Source: Macrostomum lignano
Lineage: Eukaryota
Direction of reading: 5' to 3'
DNA length: 64,000 nucleotides
Assembly: GCA_002269645.1 (NCBI GenBank)
Contig: NIVC01000381.1
Coordinates: 62,001-126,000, forward strand
Position 1 is the first letter of the stretch; every line of letters begins with the position of its first letter. Shown here in pieces: positions 22,978 to 37,270 of the stretch. Position numbers and translations under genes: made by a program. The notes under the pieces were generated by a model that was given only the letters and a program-made list of their open reading frames with translations, was not told where the DNA came from and did no database searches.

Positions 22978-23535
22978 AAGTTGAATGAATTTTGAAAATA
23001 TCACAAACTTATCAAAAGTTATGCATCCTAACTGCAGTGGGGTACTGCATCTCAATACATAAACAGGAACTAGGATGCTGCATATGAAGCACCAGAAAAC
23101 AGTAAGTCAGTTCTATTTCAAAAAAGTTTAAATGTCTTCCTCAGTGGCAACTGAGACCTTCTCAATATAGTCACCCTTTAGTTGGATGCATTTCTTCCAC
23201 CATGTAAGCATGTTGTCAATGACGTCTGTGTAGACAAGAACCTGCTGCACTTCCTGCTCAAGGCAGTCACAATTGGCATGAACTCTGCCCCTCAGTTTCA
23301 GAGTGCCACACAAGCAGAAGCAAATGAAACTTGTACCATAGATATAGAAAGTGATGACACTTTGATGACACAATATCATGCTAGAGATTTTTCAAACAAT
23401 TTCGAATTTGGTTAATTTCTGTGAGATTTCAAAATTGTAGTCTAGTTCCAGTTCCTGTTGAGATGCAGTACCCCACTGCAGTTAAGGAGACATAACTTTT
23501 GATAAGTTTGTGATATTTTCAAAATTCTTTCACTG
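22978..23535 (-). mobile_element. Non-autonomous Tc1/mariner derivative
   Basis: ~75-bp TIRs (22987-23055 vs 23455-23527), right end CACTG+TA, and internal transposase C-terminus LKLRGR...DVIDNMLTWWKKCIQLKGDYIEK. Confidence 0.8.
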
Positions 23536-24082
23536 TATCATTAGTAAGTAAAGTTGCTATGATATAAATCAATTGCTGTTACTCTTGCTGACAGTTGAAA
23601 ATAGTTTCACACCTTGTAGCAAAGAGAAATATGGGCTTTTTGCACTTTTTTAATATAAAAAGAAATGATACTACTTTTTCAAGACAGTAATAAACAAAAA
23701 TTAATGTTAATTTGATGGTTGATAAATAGTGAAAAGGTAAAAAATTGTCAAAAACAACAAAGGACAAGTTGAATTGCATATAAACTCTGATAATTCCAAG
23801 ATTAGACTTATAACTTAGTCAATTGCTAATTGATTTAATTCTAGCCATGCTACAATCAGTTTTGATTTTTTTCATTTCATCATTAGTCTAATCTTTAGAT
23901 TCGGCTATGATTTTTCTAGGTGATGTGTGCTAAGTTCATTGCTATTTTGTTATAGAATTTAAATGCGCATTTACTTTTTATAGGCTTGACCTACTTAGTA
24001 AGTACTATATAAAGCAAGTTTAATAGCTTATTATAAAGTGTTAAGCATTGCCTATATTGAATTCCAGCAATCAGCAAGCAAA

Positions 24083-27000
24083 ATGTCGCACTGGGACCTG
24101 ACTGTTCACATTAGTCGAGCTCTGCAAAACAGCAGCGCTCTCTCTTATTCTCTTCTATTGGCTGCTTCTGTTGTTGGCGCATGGATTTTGTTTCAACGTC
24201 GCGGCCGTCAAGGTCACGTGATTAGCGCGTCGTCTGTCAAGGTAATCTTAATTAAAGAAGACAAAAAAAGTATTCTCACTTTTCTACTTTTAGTAGCATA
24301 ACATAAATTTTGTTGTCGTTTTTTCATCCAAACAGAAAGCGGTACTTTCAAGTAGTAGTCAAATGTCGTTGAGGAGTCCAACAACTCGCAAGGCAATGCT
24401 GCCTACTACAAGTTGCACAAGTACAGCTAATGGAAGCGTTGACGAGACCTTTAATAAAGTGCGCGTGTTCTACGCTAGCCAACTGGGCAGAGCTAAACAT
24501 TTTGCCACTCTGCTTCGAGACGAACTGGCTGGTGTGTTGAAACAACAGAAGCAGCAGCAGCAGCAGTCTCAGTGTTGCAACGGTGGCGACGGTGAGGCGT
24601 GCAAATCTACTACTGTTAGTAGTAGCGATTCTGCTGGCATTGAATTGATTGATTTGGCTAATTATGATCCAGAGGAGAGTCTGCATAAAGAGGTGGGTTT
24701 TTATTTATTTCTTTATAAGAAATATCTTCAGTGTTGAATAAGTCAGATTGAAGTATTTATCAAATCGAATATTAACATGTTAATCCAATATAAAAATCGG
24801 TTAATCCAATATCAAAATCCGTTAATCCAGTATCAAAATCCGATAATCCGATATCGAAATCCGATAATCCAATATCAAACTCCGATAATCCATTATCAAA
24901 ATCCGATAATCCAATATCAAAATCCGATGATCCAATATCGAAATCCGGTAATCCAATATCAAAATCCGGTAATCCAATATCAAAATCGGTTAATCCAATA
25001 TCAAAATCCGTTAATCCAGTATCAAAATCCGATAATCCGATATCGAAATCCGATAATCCAATATCAAACTCCGATAATCCAATATCAAAATCCGGTAATC
25101 CAATATCAAAATCCGGTAATCCAATATCAGAATCCGGTAATCCAATATCAAAATCCGGTAATCCAATATCAAAATCCGATAATCCAATATCAAAATCCGG
25201 TAATCCAATATCAAAATCCAATATCAAAATCCGTTAATCCGATATCGAAAACCGATAATCCATTATCAAAATCCGGTAATCCAATATCAAAATCCGATGA
25301 TCCAATATTGAAATCCGGTAATCCATTATCAAAATCCTGTAATCCAATATCAAAATCCGATAATCCAATATCAAAATCCGGTAATCCAATATCAAAATCC
25401 GATAATCCAATATCAAAATCCGATAATCCAATATCAAAATCCGGTAATCCAATATCAAAATCCGATAATCCAGTATCAAAATCCGGTAATCCAATATCAA
25501 AATCCGATGATCCAATATTGAAATCCGGTAATCCATTATCAAAATCCGGTAATCCAATATCAGATTCCGGTAATCCAATATCAAAATCCGTTAATCCAGT
25601 ATCAAAATCCGATAATCCGATATCGAAATCCGATAATCCAATATCAAAATCTGATAATCCAATATCAAAATCCGATAATCCAATATCAAAATCTGATAAT
25701 CCAATATCAAAATCCGGTAATCCAATATCAAAATCCGATAATCCAATATCAAAATCCGGTAATCCAATATCAAAATCCGATAATCCAATATCAAAATCCG
25801 ATAATCCAATATCAAAATCCGGTAATCCAATATCAAAATCCGATAATCCAATATCAAAATCCGATAATCCAATATCAAAATCCGATAATCAACTATAAAA
25901 AATTGGTAATCCATTATCGAAATGCACTTCTCATTCAATTTAACCCCCTGACCGTTCCCAGTCTCCCGACACCCTCTGCTACTTTCTGTTGCCAACCTAC
26001 GAAGGCGGCTCGTCTCCAAATACCGGCGCCTGGTTCTGCAAATGGCTGGCCGAAGCGGCCGAAGATTGGCGCGTTGAAAGGGGCCACCTAAGCGGATTGA
26101 GGTTCATTGTCATCGGCCTGGGCAACTCGCTCTACGCTGAGAATTACAATTTGGTGAGGCTTTTTTATTTTTCTTCTTCCCCTTCACTTTCTTTCTGTCG
26201 CTCTCCCTCCCTCCCGGCCTCCCCTCTCCATTCCCCTCTCTCGCTCTCCCTTCCTTCTCCATTCCCCTCTCTCGCTCTCCCTCCCTCCCTTCTCCATTCC
26301 CCTCTCTCGCTCTCCCTCCCTCCCCTCTCCATTCCCCTCTCTCGCTCTCCCTCCCTCCCCTCTCCATTCCCCTCTCTCGCTCTCCCTCCCTCCCCTCTAG
26401 CCCCCTTGCGTCTCTCTCTCTCTCTCTGTCCCTCTTACCCCTCTTCCTTCTCCCTTCCCCTCTCTCTCTCTCTCTCTCTTTCACCCCCTCTCCCACCCTT
26501 TTTCCGTTTCCTTCCCCTCTCTCTCACCCTCTTCCCCTCCCCCTCCCCCCCTCTCCTTTCCCTCTCTCGCCCTCTCCTCTCTCCCGCCCATCCGCCTCCC
26601 TCTCTCTCACCCCCTTTCTTTCTTTCTCTCCCTCTCTCTCGCCTTCTCTCTCTTCCCCTTTCTCGCTCTCTCCCCCTTGCTCCCTTCTCTCCGTTTTTTC
26701 TGCCTCCCCTCTCCACCTTTTCCCTTTCCTGTCTCTCTGATCAATTTTTCCATCTCCGAATGCTTGGCCTCCACCACAGCGAGCCTCCTTTGTTTCCTTC
26801 GAAAAACTGTCAGATAGCCAAGCGTGTTGACGAGCAGCTGACTCAGCTGTCCGGTACCCGTCTGCGGCCGCCAGTTCTGCTAGACGAAAATGTCGCCTCA
26901 GCAACCGGCCACGGCGGTCAAGAGGCCGACTTTCAGGCCGCGCTTCAATCTCAACTGTTGGATCCTTTGGTTAGTAAGAAGAAAAAATCAGCTTGCTGTT

Positions 27001-30000
27001 CAGAGGCTACCGGCAATTCAGCTTGTTGCCAAGGCGCGGAAGCGGCGTCAGATGTTGCCGAAGACCATTCAGACGTTGATAGTGATCATCTAGATGAGGA
27101 AGATCAAGACGGCCTAGTAGACGTTGAAGATATTGGCGGTGTATTGTCGTCTGCTACTAGAAGCAATCAGAAGCAAAAACTTCGCCAAGAAGCCACAACC
27201 AGACGAGCTATGGTTACGCCGTTAGTTCGTAAATCGTTAGAGAAGCAAGGCTACCGATTGATTGGCAGTCATTCCGGCGTCAAGCTGTGCCGATGGACCA
27301 AATCCATGCTGCGAGGCCGCGGCGGCTGCTACAAGCACGCATTCTATGGCATCGCCTCGCACCGGTGCATGGAGGCCACGCCTTCTCTGGCCTGTGCCAA
27401 TAAATGCGTGTTCTGTTGGCGGCATCACACTAATCCGGTGGGCACCGAGTGGCGCTGGTTGGAAGATCCGCCCGATGAGATTCTATCTGGCGCTTTGGAT
27501 GCTCACAGGTGAGCGATGGCGGAGGTCTATTGGGGTTTATAGGGGGTATCTTTTTTAGTATCCAAGGGAATCCCAATTACAAATCTAGGGGTATCCCTTT
27601 TTAGTATATCGGAGAAATCCCAATGAGGAATCTAGGGGAATCCTAAAAAGGAAGCTAGGAGCATCCGAATGAGGAATCTAGGACAATCCGAATAAAGAAT
27701 CTAGGGGAATGCCAATGAGGAATCAAGGAAATCCCAATTAGGAATCTAGGGGAATCCCAATAAGGAATCTAGGAGAATCCGAATAGGGAATCTGGGGAAA
27801 TCCCAATTAAGAATCTAAAGGAATCCCAATAAGGAATCTAGGAGAATCCGAAAAGAATCTAGGGGAATCCCAATGAGGAATCAAGGGAAATCCAGTTAGG
27901 AATCTAGGGGAATCCCAATAAGGAAGCTAGGAGAATCCGAATAAAGAATCTAGCGGAATCCCAATGAGGAATCAAGGGAAATCCCAATAAGGAATCTAGG
28001 AGAATCCCATGAGGAATCTAGGAGAATCCGAATAAAGGATCTAGGGGAATCCCAATGAGGAATCTAGGGAAATCCCAATAAGGACTGTAAGAGAATCCAA
28101 ATGGGGTATCTAGGGGAATCCCAATGAGGAATCTAGGGGAATCCCAATAACGAATTGTGATATGCTTAGTAAGAATCTAGGAATGAGAATCAGCTCCACT
28201 TAGAGTATCTCCGAGATCCTCACTCGAAGGCTTAGATGCTCTTAATCACAATTGCCTTACAAACTAACCCCACCCGCCGCAGGCGGATGATACGGGAATT
28301 CCGCGGAGTGCCCGGCGTCATGCCCGAGCGCATCTCCGAAGGCATGCAGCCGCGCCATTGCGCACTCAGCCTAGTGGGCGAGCCCATCATGTATCCGCGC
28401 ATCAACCAGCTGTTGCACCTGTTGCACACATCCGGCATCTCTTCGTTCCTAGTTACTAACGCTCAGTTCCCCGAAGCGATGCGTCAACTGCCGCCTGTTA
28501 CTCAACTTTACGTATCGGTTGACGCAGCCACGCCGGATAGCTTGAAACGCATCGACAGGCCTCTGTTCAAGGATTTCTGGCAGCGTTTTATCGATTGCCT
28601 GCGGGCTATGCGCGACTGCGGCCAGCGGACCGTGTACCGGCTGACTCTGGTCAAGGCTTGGAACACCGAGGAGGTTTGTTGCTCTGTGGGGGAGCTTGAG
28701 ATACTTTTTTGGTAGAGTATCATTGTCCCAAGAATTAGGAATGATTTCTATTTTAGTTAGTAATTAATGTCCTCTAGATATTTGAAGTGGAGCTAATTAC
28801 CCCCCCCCCAGATATTTTAGTGGAGGATAATTATCCCCTAAGATTTTCAGTAGGAAGGATAATTATCCACTGAGATATTTCAGTAGGAAGGATAATTATC
28901 CCCTAAGATTTTCAGTAGGAAGGATAATTATCCACTGAGATATTTCAGTAGGAAGGATAATTATCCACTGAGATATTTCAGTAGGAAGGATAATTATCCC
29001 CTGAGATATTTCAGTAGGAAGGATAATTATCCCCTGAGATATTTCAGTAGGCAGGATAATTATCCCCTGAGATATTTCAGTAAGAAGGATAATTATCCAC
29101 TGAGATATTTCAGTAGGAAGGATAATTATCCCCTGCAATAATTCAGTAGGGGGATAATTATCCCCTGAGATATTTCAGTAGGAAGGATAATTATCCACTG
29201 AGATATTTCAGTAGGAAGGATAATTATCCACTGAGATATTTCAGTAGGAAGGATAATTATCCACTGAGATATTTCAGTAGGAAGGATAATTATCCCCTGC
29301 AATAATTCAGTAGGGGGATAATTATCCCCTGAGATATTTCAGTAGGAAGGATAATTATCCACTGAGATATTTCAGTAGGAAGGATAATTATCCACTGAGA
29401 TATTTCAGTAGGAAGGATAATTATCCCCTGAGATATTTCAGTAGAAAGGATAATTATCCCCTGAGATATTTCAGTAGGAAGGATAATTATCCCCTGAGAT
29501 ATTTCAGTAGGAAGGATAATTATCCCCTGAGATATTTCAGTAGGAAGGATAATTATCCCCTGAGATATTTCAGTAGGAAGGATAATTATCCACTGAGATA
29601 TTTCAGTAGGAAGGATAATTATCCCCTGAGATATTTCAGTAGGAAGGATAATTATCCCCTGAGATATTTCAGTAGGCAGGATAATTATCCCCTGAGATAT
29701 TTCAGTAGGAAGGATAATTATCCCCTGAGATATTTCAGTAGGAAGGATAATTATCCCCTGAGATATTTCAGTAGGAAGGATAATTATCCCCTGGATATTT
29801 CAGTAGGAAGGATAATTATCCCCTGAGATATTTCAGTAGGAAGGATAATTATCCCCTGAGATATTTCAGTAGGAAGGATAATTATCCCCTGAGATATTTC
29901 AGTAGGAAGGATAATTATCCCCTGAGATATTTCAGTAGGCAGGATAATTATCCCCTGAGATATTTCAGTAGGAAGGATAATTATCCCCTGAGATATTTCA

Positions 30001-33000
30001 GTAGGAAGGATAATTACCCCTGAGATATTTCAGTAGGAAGGATAATTATCCACTGAGATATTTCAGTAGGAAGGATAATTATCCACTGAGATATTTCAGT
30101 AGGAAGGATAATTATCCCCTGAGATATTTCAGTAGGAAGGATAATTATCCCCTGAGATATTTCAGTAGGCAGGATAATTATCCCCTGAGATATTTCAGTA
30201 GGAAGGATAATTATCCCCTGAGATATTTCAGTAGGAAGGATAATTATCCACTGAGATATTTCAGTAGGAAGGATAATTATCCCCTGAGATATTTCAGTAG
30301 GAGGATAATTATCCACTGAGATATTTCAGTAGGAAGGATAATTATCCCTGAGATATTTCAGTAGGAAGGATAATTATCCCCTGAGATATTTCAGTAGGAA
30401 GGATAATTATCCACTGAGATATTTCAGTAGGAAGGATAATTATCCACTGAGATATTTCAGTAGGAAGGATAATTATCCCCTGAGATATTTCAGTAGGAAG
30501 GATAATTATCCCCTGAGATATTTCAGTAGGAAGGATAATTATCCACTGAGATATTTCAGTAGGAAGGATAATTATCCCCTGAGATATTTCAGTAGGAAGG
30601 ATAATTATCCCCTGAGATATTTCAGTAGGAAGGATAATTATCCCCTGAGATATTTCAGTAGGAAGGATAATTATCCCCTGAGATATTTCAGTAGGAAGGA
30701 TAATTATCCCCTGAGATATTTCAGTAGGAAGGATAATTATCCCCTGAGATATTTCAGTAGGAAGGATAATTATCCCCTGAGATATTTCAGTAGGAAGGAT
30801 AATTATCCACTGAGATATTTCAGTAGGAAGGATAATTATCCCCTGAGATATTTCAGTAGGAAGGATAATTATCCCTGAGATATTTCAGTAGGAAGGATAA
30901 TTATCCACTGAGATATTTCAGTAGGAAGGATAATTATCCACTGAGATATTTCAGTAGGAAGGATAATTATCCCCTGAGATATTTCAGTAGGAAGGATAAT
31001 TATCCCCTGAGATATTTCAGTAGGAAGGATAATTATCCACTGAGATATTTCAGTAGGAAGGATAATTATCCCCTGAGATATTTCAGTAGGAAGGATAATT
31101 ATCCCCTGAGATATTTCAGTAGGAAGGATAATTATCCCCTGAGATATTTCAGTAGGAAGGATAATTATCCCCTGAGATATTTCAGTAGGAAGGATAATTA
31201 TCCCCTGAGATATTTCAGTAGGAAGGATAATTATCCCCTGAGATATTTCAGTAGGAAGGATAATTATCCACTGAGATATTTCAGTAGGAAGGATAATTAT
31301 CCCCTGAGATATTTCAGTAGGAAGGATAATTATCCCCTGAGATATTTCAGTAGGAAGGATAATTATCCACTGAGATATTTCAGTAGGAAGGATAATTATC
31401 CCCTGAGATATTTCAGTAGGAAGGATAATTATCCCTGAGATATTTCAGTAGGAAGGATAATTATCCACTGAGATATTTCAGTAGGAAGGATAATTATCCA
31501 CTGAGATATTTCAGTAGGAAGGATAATTATCCCCTGAGATATTTCAGTAGGAAGGATAATTATCCCCTGAGATATTTCAGTAGGAAGGATAATTATCCCC
31601 TGAGATATTTCAGTAGGAAGGATAATTATCCCTGAGATATTTCAGTAGGAAGGATAATTATCCACTGAGATATTTCAGTAGGAAGGATAATTATCCCCTG
31701 AGATATTTCAGTAGGAAGGATAATTATCCCCTGAGATATTTCAGTAGGAAGGATAATTATCCACTGAGATATTTCAGTAGGAAGGATAATTATCCCCTGA
31801 GATATTTCAGTAGGAAGGATAATTATCCCCTGAGATATTTCAGTAGGAAGGATAATTATCCACTGAGATATTTCAGTAGGAAGGATAATTATCCCCTGAG
31901 ATATTTCAGTAGGAAGGATAATTATCCCTGAGATATTTCAGTAGGAAGGATAATTATCCACTGAGATATTTCAGTAGGAAGGATAATTATCCCTGAGATA
32001 TTTCAGTAGGAAGGATAATTATCCACTGAGATATTTCAGTAGGAAGGATAATTATCCACTGAGATATTTCAGTAGGAAGGATAATTATCCCCTGAGATAT
32101 TTCAGTAGGAAGGATAATTATCCCCTGAGATATTTCAGTAGGAAGGATAATTATCCACTGAGATATTTCAGTAGGAAGGATAATTATCCCCTGAGATATT
32201 TCAGTAGGAAGGATAATTATCCCCTGAGATATTTCAGTAGGAAGGATAATTATCCACTGAGATATTTCAGTAGGAAGGATAATTATCCCCTGAGATATTT
32301 CAGTAGGAAGGATAATTATCCCCTGAGATATTTCAGTAGGAAGGATAATTATCCCTGAGATATTTCAGTAGGAAGGATAATTATCCACTGAGATATTTCA
32401 GTAGGAAGGATAATTATCCCCTGAGATATTTCAGTAGGAAGGATAATTATCCCCTGAGATATTTCAGTAGGAAGGATAATTATCCACTGAGATATTTCAG
32501 TAGGAAGGATAATTATCCCCTGAGATATTTCAGTAGGAAGGATAATTATCCCCTGAGATATTTCAGTAGGAAGGATAATTATCCCCTGAGATATTTCAGT
32601 AGGAAGGATAATTATCCCCTGAGATATTTCAGTAGGAAGGATAATTATCCCCTGAGATATTTCAGTAGGAAGGATAATTATCCACTGAGATATTTCAGTA
32701 GGAAGGATAATTATCCCCTGAGATATTTCAGTAGGAAGGATAATTATCCCCTGAGATATTTCAGTAGGAAGGATAATTATCCACTGAGATATTTCAGTAG
32801 GAAGGATAATTATCCACTGAGATATTTCAGTAGGAAGGATAATTATCCCTGAGATATTTCAGTAGGAAGGATAATTATCCCCTGAGATATTTCAGTAGGA
32901 AGGATAATTATCCACTGAGATATTTCAGTAGGAAGGATAATTATCCACTGAGATATTTCAGTAGGAAGGATAATTATCCCTGAGATATTTCAGTAGGAAG

Positions 33001-36000
33001 GATAATTATCCCTGAGATATTTCAGTAGGAAGGATAATTATCCACTGAGATATTTCAGTAGGAAGGATAATTATCCCCTGAGATATTTCAGTAGGAAGGA
33101 TAATTATCCCCTGAGATATTTCAGTAGGAAGGATAATTATCCCCTGAGATATTTCAGTAGGAAGGATAATTATCCCCTGAGATATTTCAGTAGGAAGGAT
33201 AATTATCCCCTGAGATATTTCAGTAGGAAGGATAATTATCCCCTGAGATATTTCAGTAGGAAGGATAATTATCCCCTGAGATATTTCAGTAGGAAGGATA
33301 ATTATCCACTGAGATATTTCAGTAGGAAGGATAATTATCCCCTGAGATATTTCAGTAGGAAGGATAATTATCCCTGAGATATTTCAGTAGGAAGGATAAT
33401 TATCCACTGAGATATTTCAGTAGGAAGGATAATTATCCACTGAGATATTTCAGTAGGAAGGATAATTATCCCTGAGATATTTCAGTAGGAAGGATAATTA
33501 TCCCTGAGATATTTCAGTAGGAAGGATAATTATCCACTGAGATATTTCAGTAGGAAGGATAATTATCCACTGAGATATTTCAGTAGGAAGGATAATTATC
33601 CCTGAGATATTTCAGTAGGAAGGATAATTATCCCCTGAGATATTTCAGTAGGAAGGATAATTATCCACTGAGATATTTCAGTAGGAAGGATAATTATCCA
33701 CTGAGATATTTCAGTAGGAAGGATAATTATCCCCTGAGATATTTCAGTAGGAAGGATAATTATCCCCTGAGATATTTCAGTAGGAAGGATAATTATCCAC
33801 TGAGATATTTCAGTAGGAAGGATAATTATCCCCTGAGATATTTCAGTAGGAAGGATAATTATCCCCTGAGATATTTCAGTAGGAAGGATAATTATCCCCT
33901 GAGATATTTCAGTAGGAAGGATAATTATCCCCTGAGATATTTCAGTAGGAAGGATAATTATCCCCTGAGATATTTCAGTAGGAAGGATAATTATCCCCTG
34001 AGATATTTCAGTAGGAAGGATAATTATCCCCTGAGATATTTCAGTAGGAAGGATAATTATCCCTGAGATATTTCAGTAGGAAGGATAATTATCCCCTGAG
34101 ATATTTCAGTAGGAAGGATAATTATCCCTGAGATATTTCAGTAGGAAGGATAATTATCCACTGAGATATTTCAGTAGGAAGGATAATTATCCACTGAGAT
34201 ATTTCAGTAGGAAGGATAATTATCCCCTGAGATATTTCAGTAGGAAGGATAATTATCCCCTGAGATATTTCAGTAGGAAGGATAATTATCCACTGAGATA
34301 TTTCAGTAGGAAGGATAATTATCCCTGAGATATTTCAGTAGGAAGGATAATTATCCCCTGAGATATTTCAGTAGGAAGGATAATTATCCCCTGAGATATT
34401 TCAGTAGGAAGGATAATTATCCCCTGAGATATTTCAGTAGGAAGGATAATTATCCCCTGAGATATTTCAGTAGGAAGGATAATTATCCCCTGAGATATTT
34501 CAGTAGGAAGGATAATTATCCCTGAGATATTTCAGTAGGAAGGATAATTATCCCCTGAGATATTTCAGTAGGAAGGATAATTATCCCCTGAGATATTTCA
34601 GTAGGAAGGATAATTATCCACTGAGATATTTCAGTAGGAAGGATAATTATCCCCTGAGATATTTCAGTAGGAAGGATAATTATCCCTGAGATATTTCAGT
34701 AGGAAGGATAATTATCCACTGAGATATTTCAGTAGGAAGGATAATTATCCCTGAGATATTTCAGTAGGAAGGATAATTATCCCTGAGATATTTCAGTAGG
34801 AAGGATAATTATCCCTGAGATATTTCAGTAGGAAGGATAATTATCCCCTGAGATATTTCAGTAGGAAGGATAATTATCCCCTGAGATATTTCAGTAGGAA
34901 GGATAATTATCCCTGAGATATTTCAGTAGGAAGGATAATTATCCCCTGAGATATTTCAGTAGGAAGGATAATTATCCCTGAGATATTTCAGTAGGAAGGA
35001 TAATTATCCACTGAGATATTTCAGTAGGAAGGATAATTATCCCTGAGATATTTCAGTAGGAAGGATAATTATCCCCTGAGATATTTCAGTAGGAAGGATA
35101 ATTATCCACTGAGATATTTCAGTAGGAAGGATAATTATCCCCTGAGATATTTCAGTAGGAAGGATAATTATCCCTGAGATATTTCAGTAGGAAGGATAAT
35201 TATCCACTGAGATATTTCAGTAGGAAGGATAATTATCCCCTGAGATATTTCAGTAGGAAGGATAATTATCCACTGAGATATTTCAGTAGGAAGGATAATT
35301 ATCCACTGAGATATTTCAGTAGGAAGGATAATTATCCCCTGAGATATTTCAGTAGGAAGGATAATTATCCCCTGAGATATTTCAGTAGGAAGGATAATTA
35401 TCCACTGAGATATTTCAGTAGGAAGGATAATTATCCCTGAGATATTTCAGTAGGAAGGATAATTATCCCCTGAGATATTTCAGTAGGAAGGATAATTATC
35501 CACTGAGATATTTCAATAGGAAGGATAATTATCCCCTGAGATATTTTAATAGGAAGGATAATTATCCCCTGAGATATTTCAGTAGGAAGGATAATTATCC
35601 CCTGAGATATTTCAGTAGGAAGGATAATTATCCCTGAGATATTTCAGTAGGAAGGATAATTATCCCCTGAGATATTTCAGTAGGAAGGATAATTATCCCC
35701 TGAGATATTTCAGTAGGAAGGATAATTATCCACTGAGATATTTCAGTAGGAAGGATAATTATCCCCTGAGATATTTCAGTAGGAAGGATAATTATCCCCT
35801 GAGATATTTCAGTAGGAAGGATAATTATCCCCTGAGATATTTCAGTAGGAAGGATAATTATCCCCTGAGATATTTCAGTAGGAAGGATAATTATCCCCTG
35901 AGATATTTCAGTAGGAAGGATAATTATCCACTGAGATAATTATCCCCTGAGATATTTCAGTAGGAAGGATAATTATCCCCTGAGATATTTCAGTAGGAAG

Positions 36001-36730
36001 GATAATTATCCCCTGAAAATTTCAGTAGGGGATAATTATCCCAATATATTTTAGTAGGGGATAATTGTCCCTGAGATATTTGAGTAAGGGATAATTATCC
36101 CTCGCCTGAGATATTTGAGTAAGGGATAATTATCCCTCATGTTTCAGTATAGAAATTTAACTATTTGGGAATTGGGATATTTTTTAAAGGTTTTTAGGGA
36201 CACTTTTTGTAGATCAAAATTGGGATAATAATCCCCCAGCCACAATAAGCTCCCTCCCCCATCCGCTAATCAAGGTGCAACAATACGCTAAGCTAGTGGA
36301 TCTCGGCTGCCCAGATTTCATCGAAGTGAAAGGAGTGACATTCTGCGGCGATAGCAAGGCTAGCCAGCTGACAATGGGCAACGTGCCCTGGCACAAGGAG
36401 GTGGTGCAGTTCAGCCAGGCTTTGGCCGACTCTCTGGCCAATCAGTACGACATCGCCTGTGAGCACGAGCACTCCAACTGCGTCCTATTGGCTAATAAAC
36501 GCAAATTTCTAGTTAACAATCGTTGGCACACCTGGATTGATTACGATAGATTTGAGCAGCTCTATGGACGATTTGTGGAAACTGGCCAACGGTTCAATGC
36601 GGCCGATTATATGGCCGAGACGCCAGAGTGGGCTGTGTACGGCTCCGCTGAACAGGGATTTGATCCCAATGAGACGCGATTCCGTCGGCGGGCTGCTGCC
36701 GCTGCCGCTGCCGCTTCTGGAGATTACTGA
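24083..36730 (+). CDS. TYW1: tRNA wybutosine-synthesizing protein 1 (flavodoxin + radical SAM), 749 aa; join(24083..24241,24336..24692,25962..26153,26814..27508,28283..28673,36275..36730)
   Basis: N-terminal hydrophobic anchor; flavodoxin motifs VFYASQLGRAK and GLGNSLY; IGSHSGVKLCRWTK; radical SAM CANKCVFC; HCALSLVGEP; IEVKGVTFCG. All GT-AG junctions keep frame (2250 nt total). Confidence 0.95.
24775..25915. repeat. 21-bp minisatellite in TYW1 intron 2 (AATCCGATAATCCAATATCAA)
   Basis: Tandem periodicity; source of 7-aa repeat pseudo-ORFs. Confidence 0.95.
26175..26740. repeat. CT-rich low-complexity tract in TYW1 intron 3
   Basis: Almost pure pyrimidine on the + strand. Confidence 0.9.
27560..28185. 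repeat. Degenerate ~23-bp minisatellite in TYW1 intron 4 (AATCCCAATAAGGAATCTAGGGG)
   Basis: Tandem periodicity. Confidence 0.9.
28810..36140. repeat. 33-bp satellite, ~220 copies, in TYW1 intron 5 (GAGATATTTCAGTAGGAAGGATAATTATCCCCT)
   Basis: Near-identical head-to-tail units with no spacers; internal palindrome GGATAATTATCC. Confidence 0.98.
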
Positions 36731-36784
36731 TGCTGCTAACAGAGAATGAAGCTTGATTTATGATCAAATTATGTTGCTAACGGA

Positions 36785-37270
36785 AATCCTGTTGCTAAGG
36801 TGAATCTAGTTGCCAAGATGAACCCCGTTGCTAAGGTAAACCCTGTCGCTAAGGTGAACCCCTGTTGCTAAGGTGAATCCGGTTGTTAAGGAAAATACGG
36901 TTGCTAAGATGAATCCGGTTGCTAAAGTAAATCCGGTTGTTAAGCAAAATACGGGTGCTAAGGTGAATCCAGCTGCTAAGATAAACCAAGTTGCCAAGGT
37001 TAATCCTTTTGCTAAGGTAAATTATGTTGCCAATGTAAATCCAGTTGCAAAAGTGAACCCCAGTTGCTAAGGTAAACCCTGTTGCTAAGGTGAATTCAGT
37101 TGCTTAGGTAAATCCAGTTGTTAAAGAAAATACGGTTGCTAAGGTAAATCCGGTTGTTAAGGAAAATACGGTTGCTAGGATGAATCCAGTTGCTAAGGTT
37201 AATCCAGTTGCTAAGGTAAATCCGTTGCTAAGGCAAAACTAGTTGCTAAGATAAATCCAGTTGCTTAGGT
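36785..37270. repeat. 18-bp minisatellite 3' of TYW1 (GTTGCTAAGGTGAATCCA)
   Basis: Tandem periodicity. Confidence 0.85.

Noticed and set aside
24772-26019. Repetitive ORFs (NPIIQYQ, ILDYRIL, SDFDIGL) and similar ones at 1158-1544, 39935-40742, 41158-42209, 43559-44812, 45614-46500, 53615-54203, 55864-56641 and 58434-59280
   Set aside because: Translations of tandem repeats; those inside the three genes are spliced out by canonical GT-AG sites that restore conserved proteins.
28810-36140. CRISPR-like appearance (33-bp palindromic repeat)
   Set aside because: No unique spacers, no cas genes, and it lies within a spliceosomal intron.
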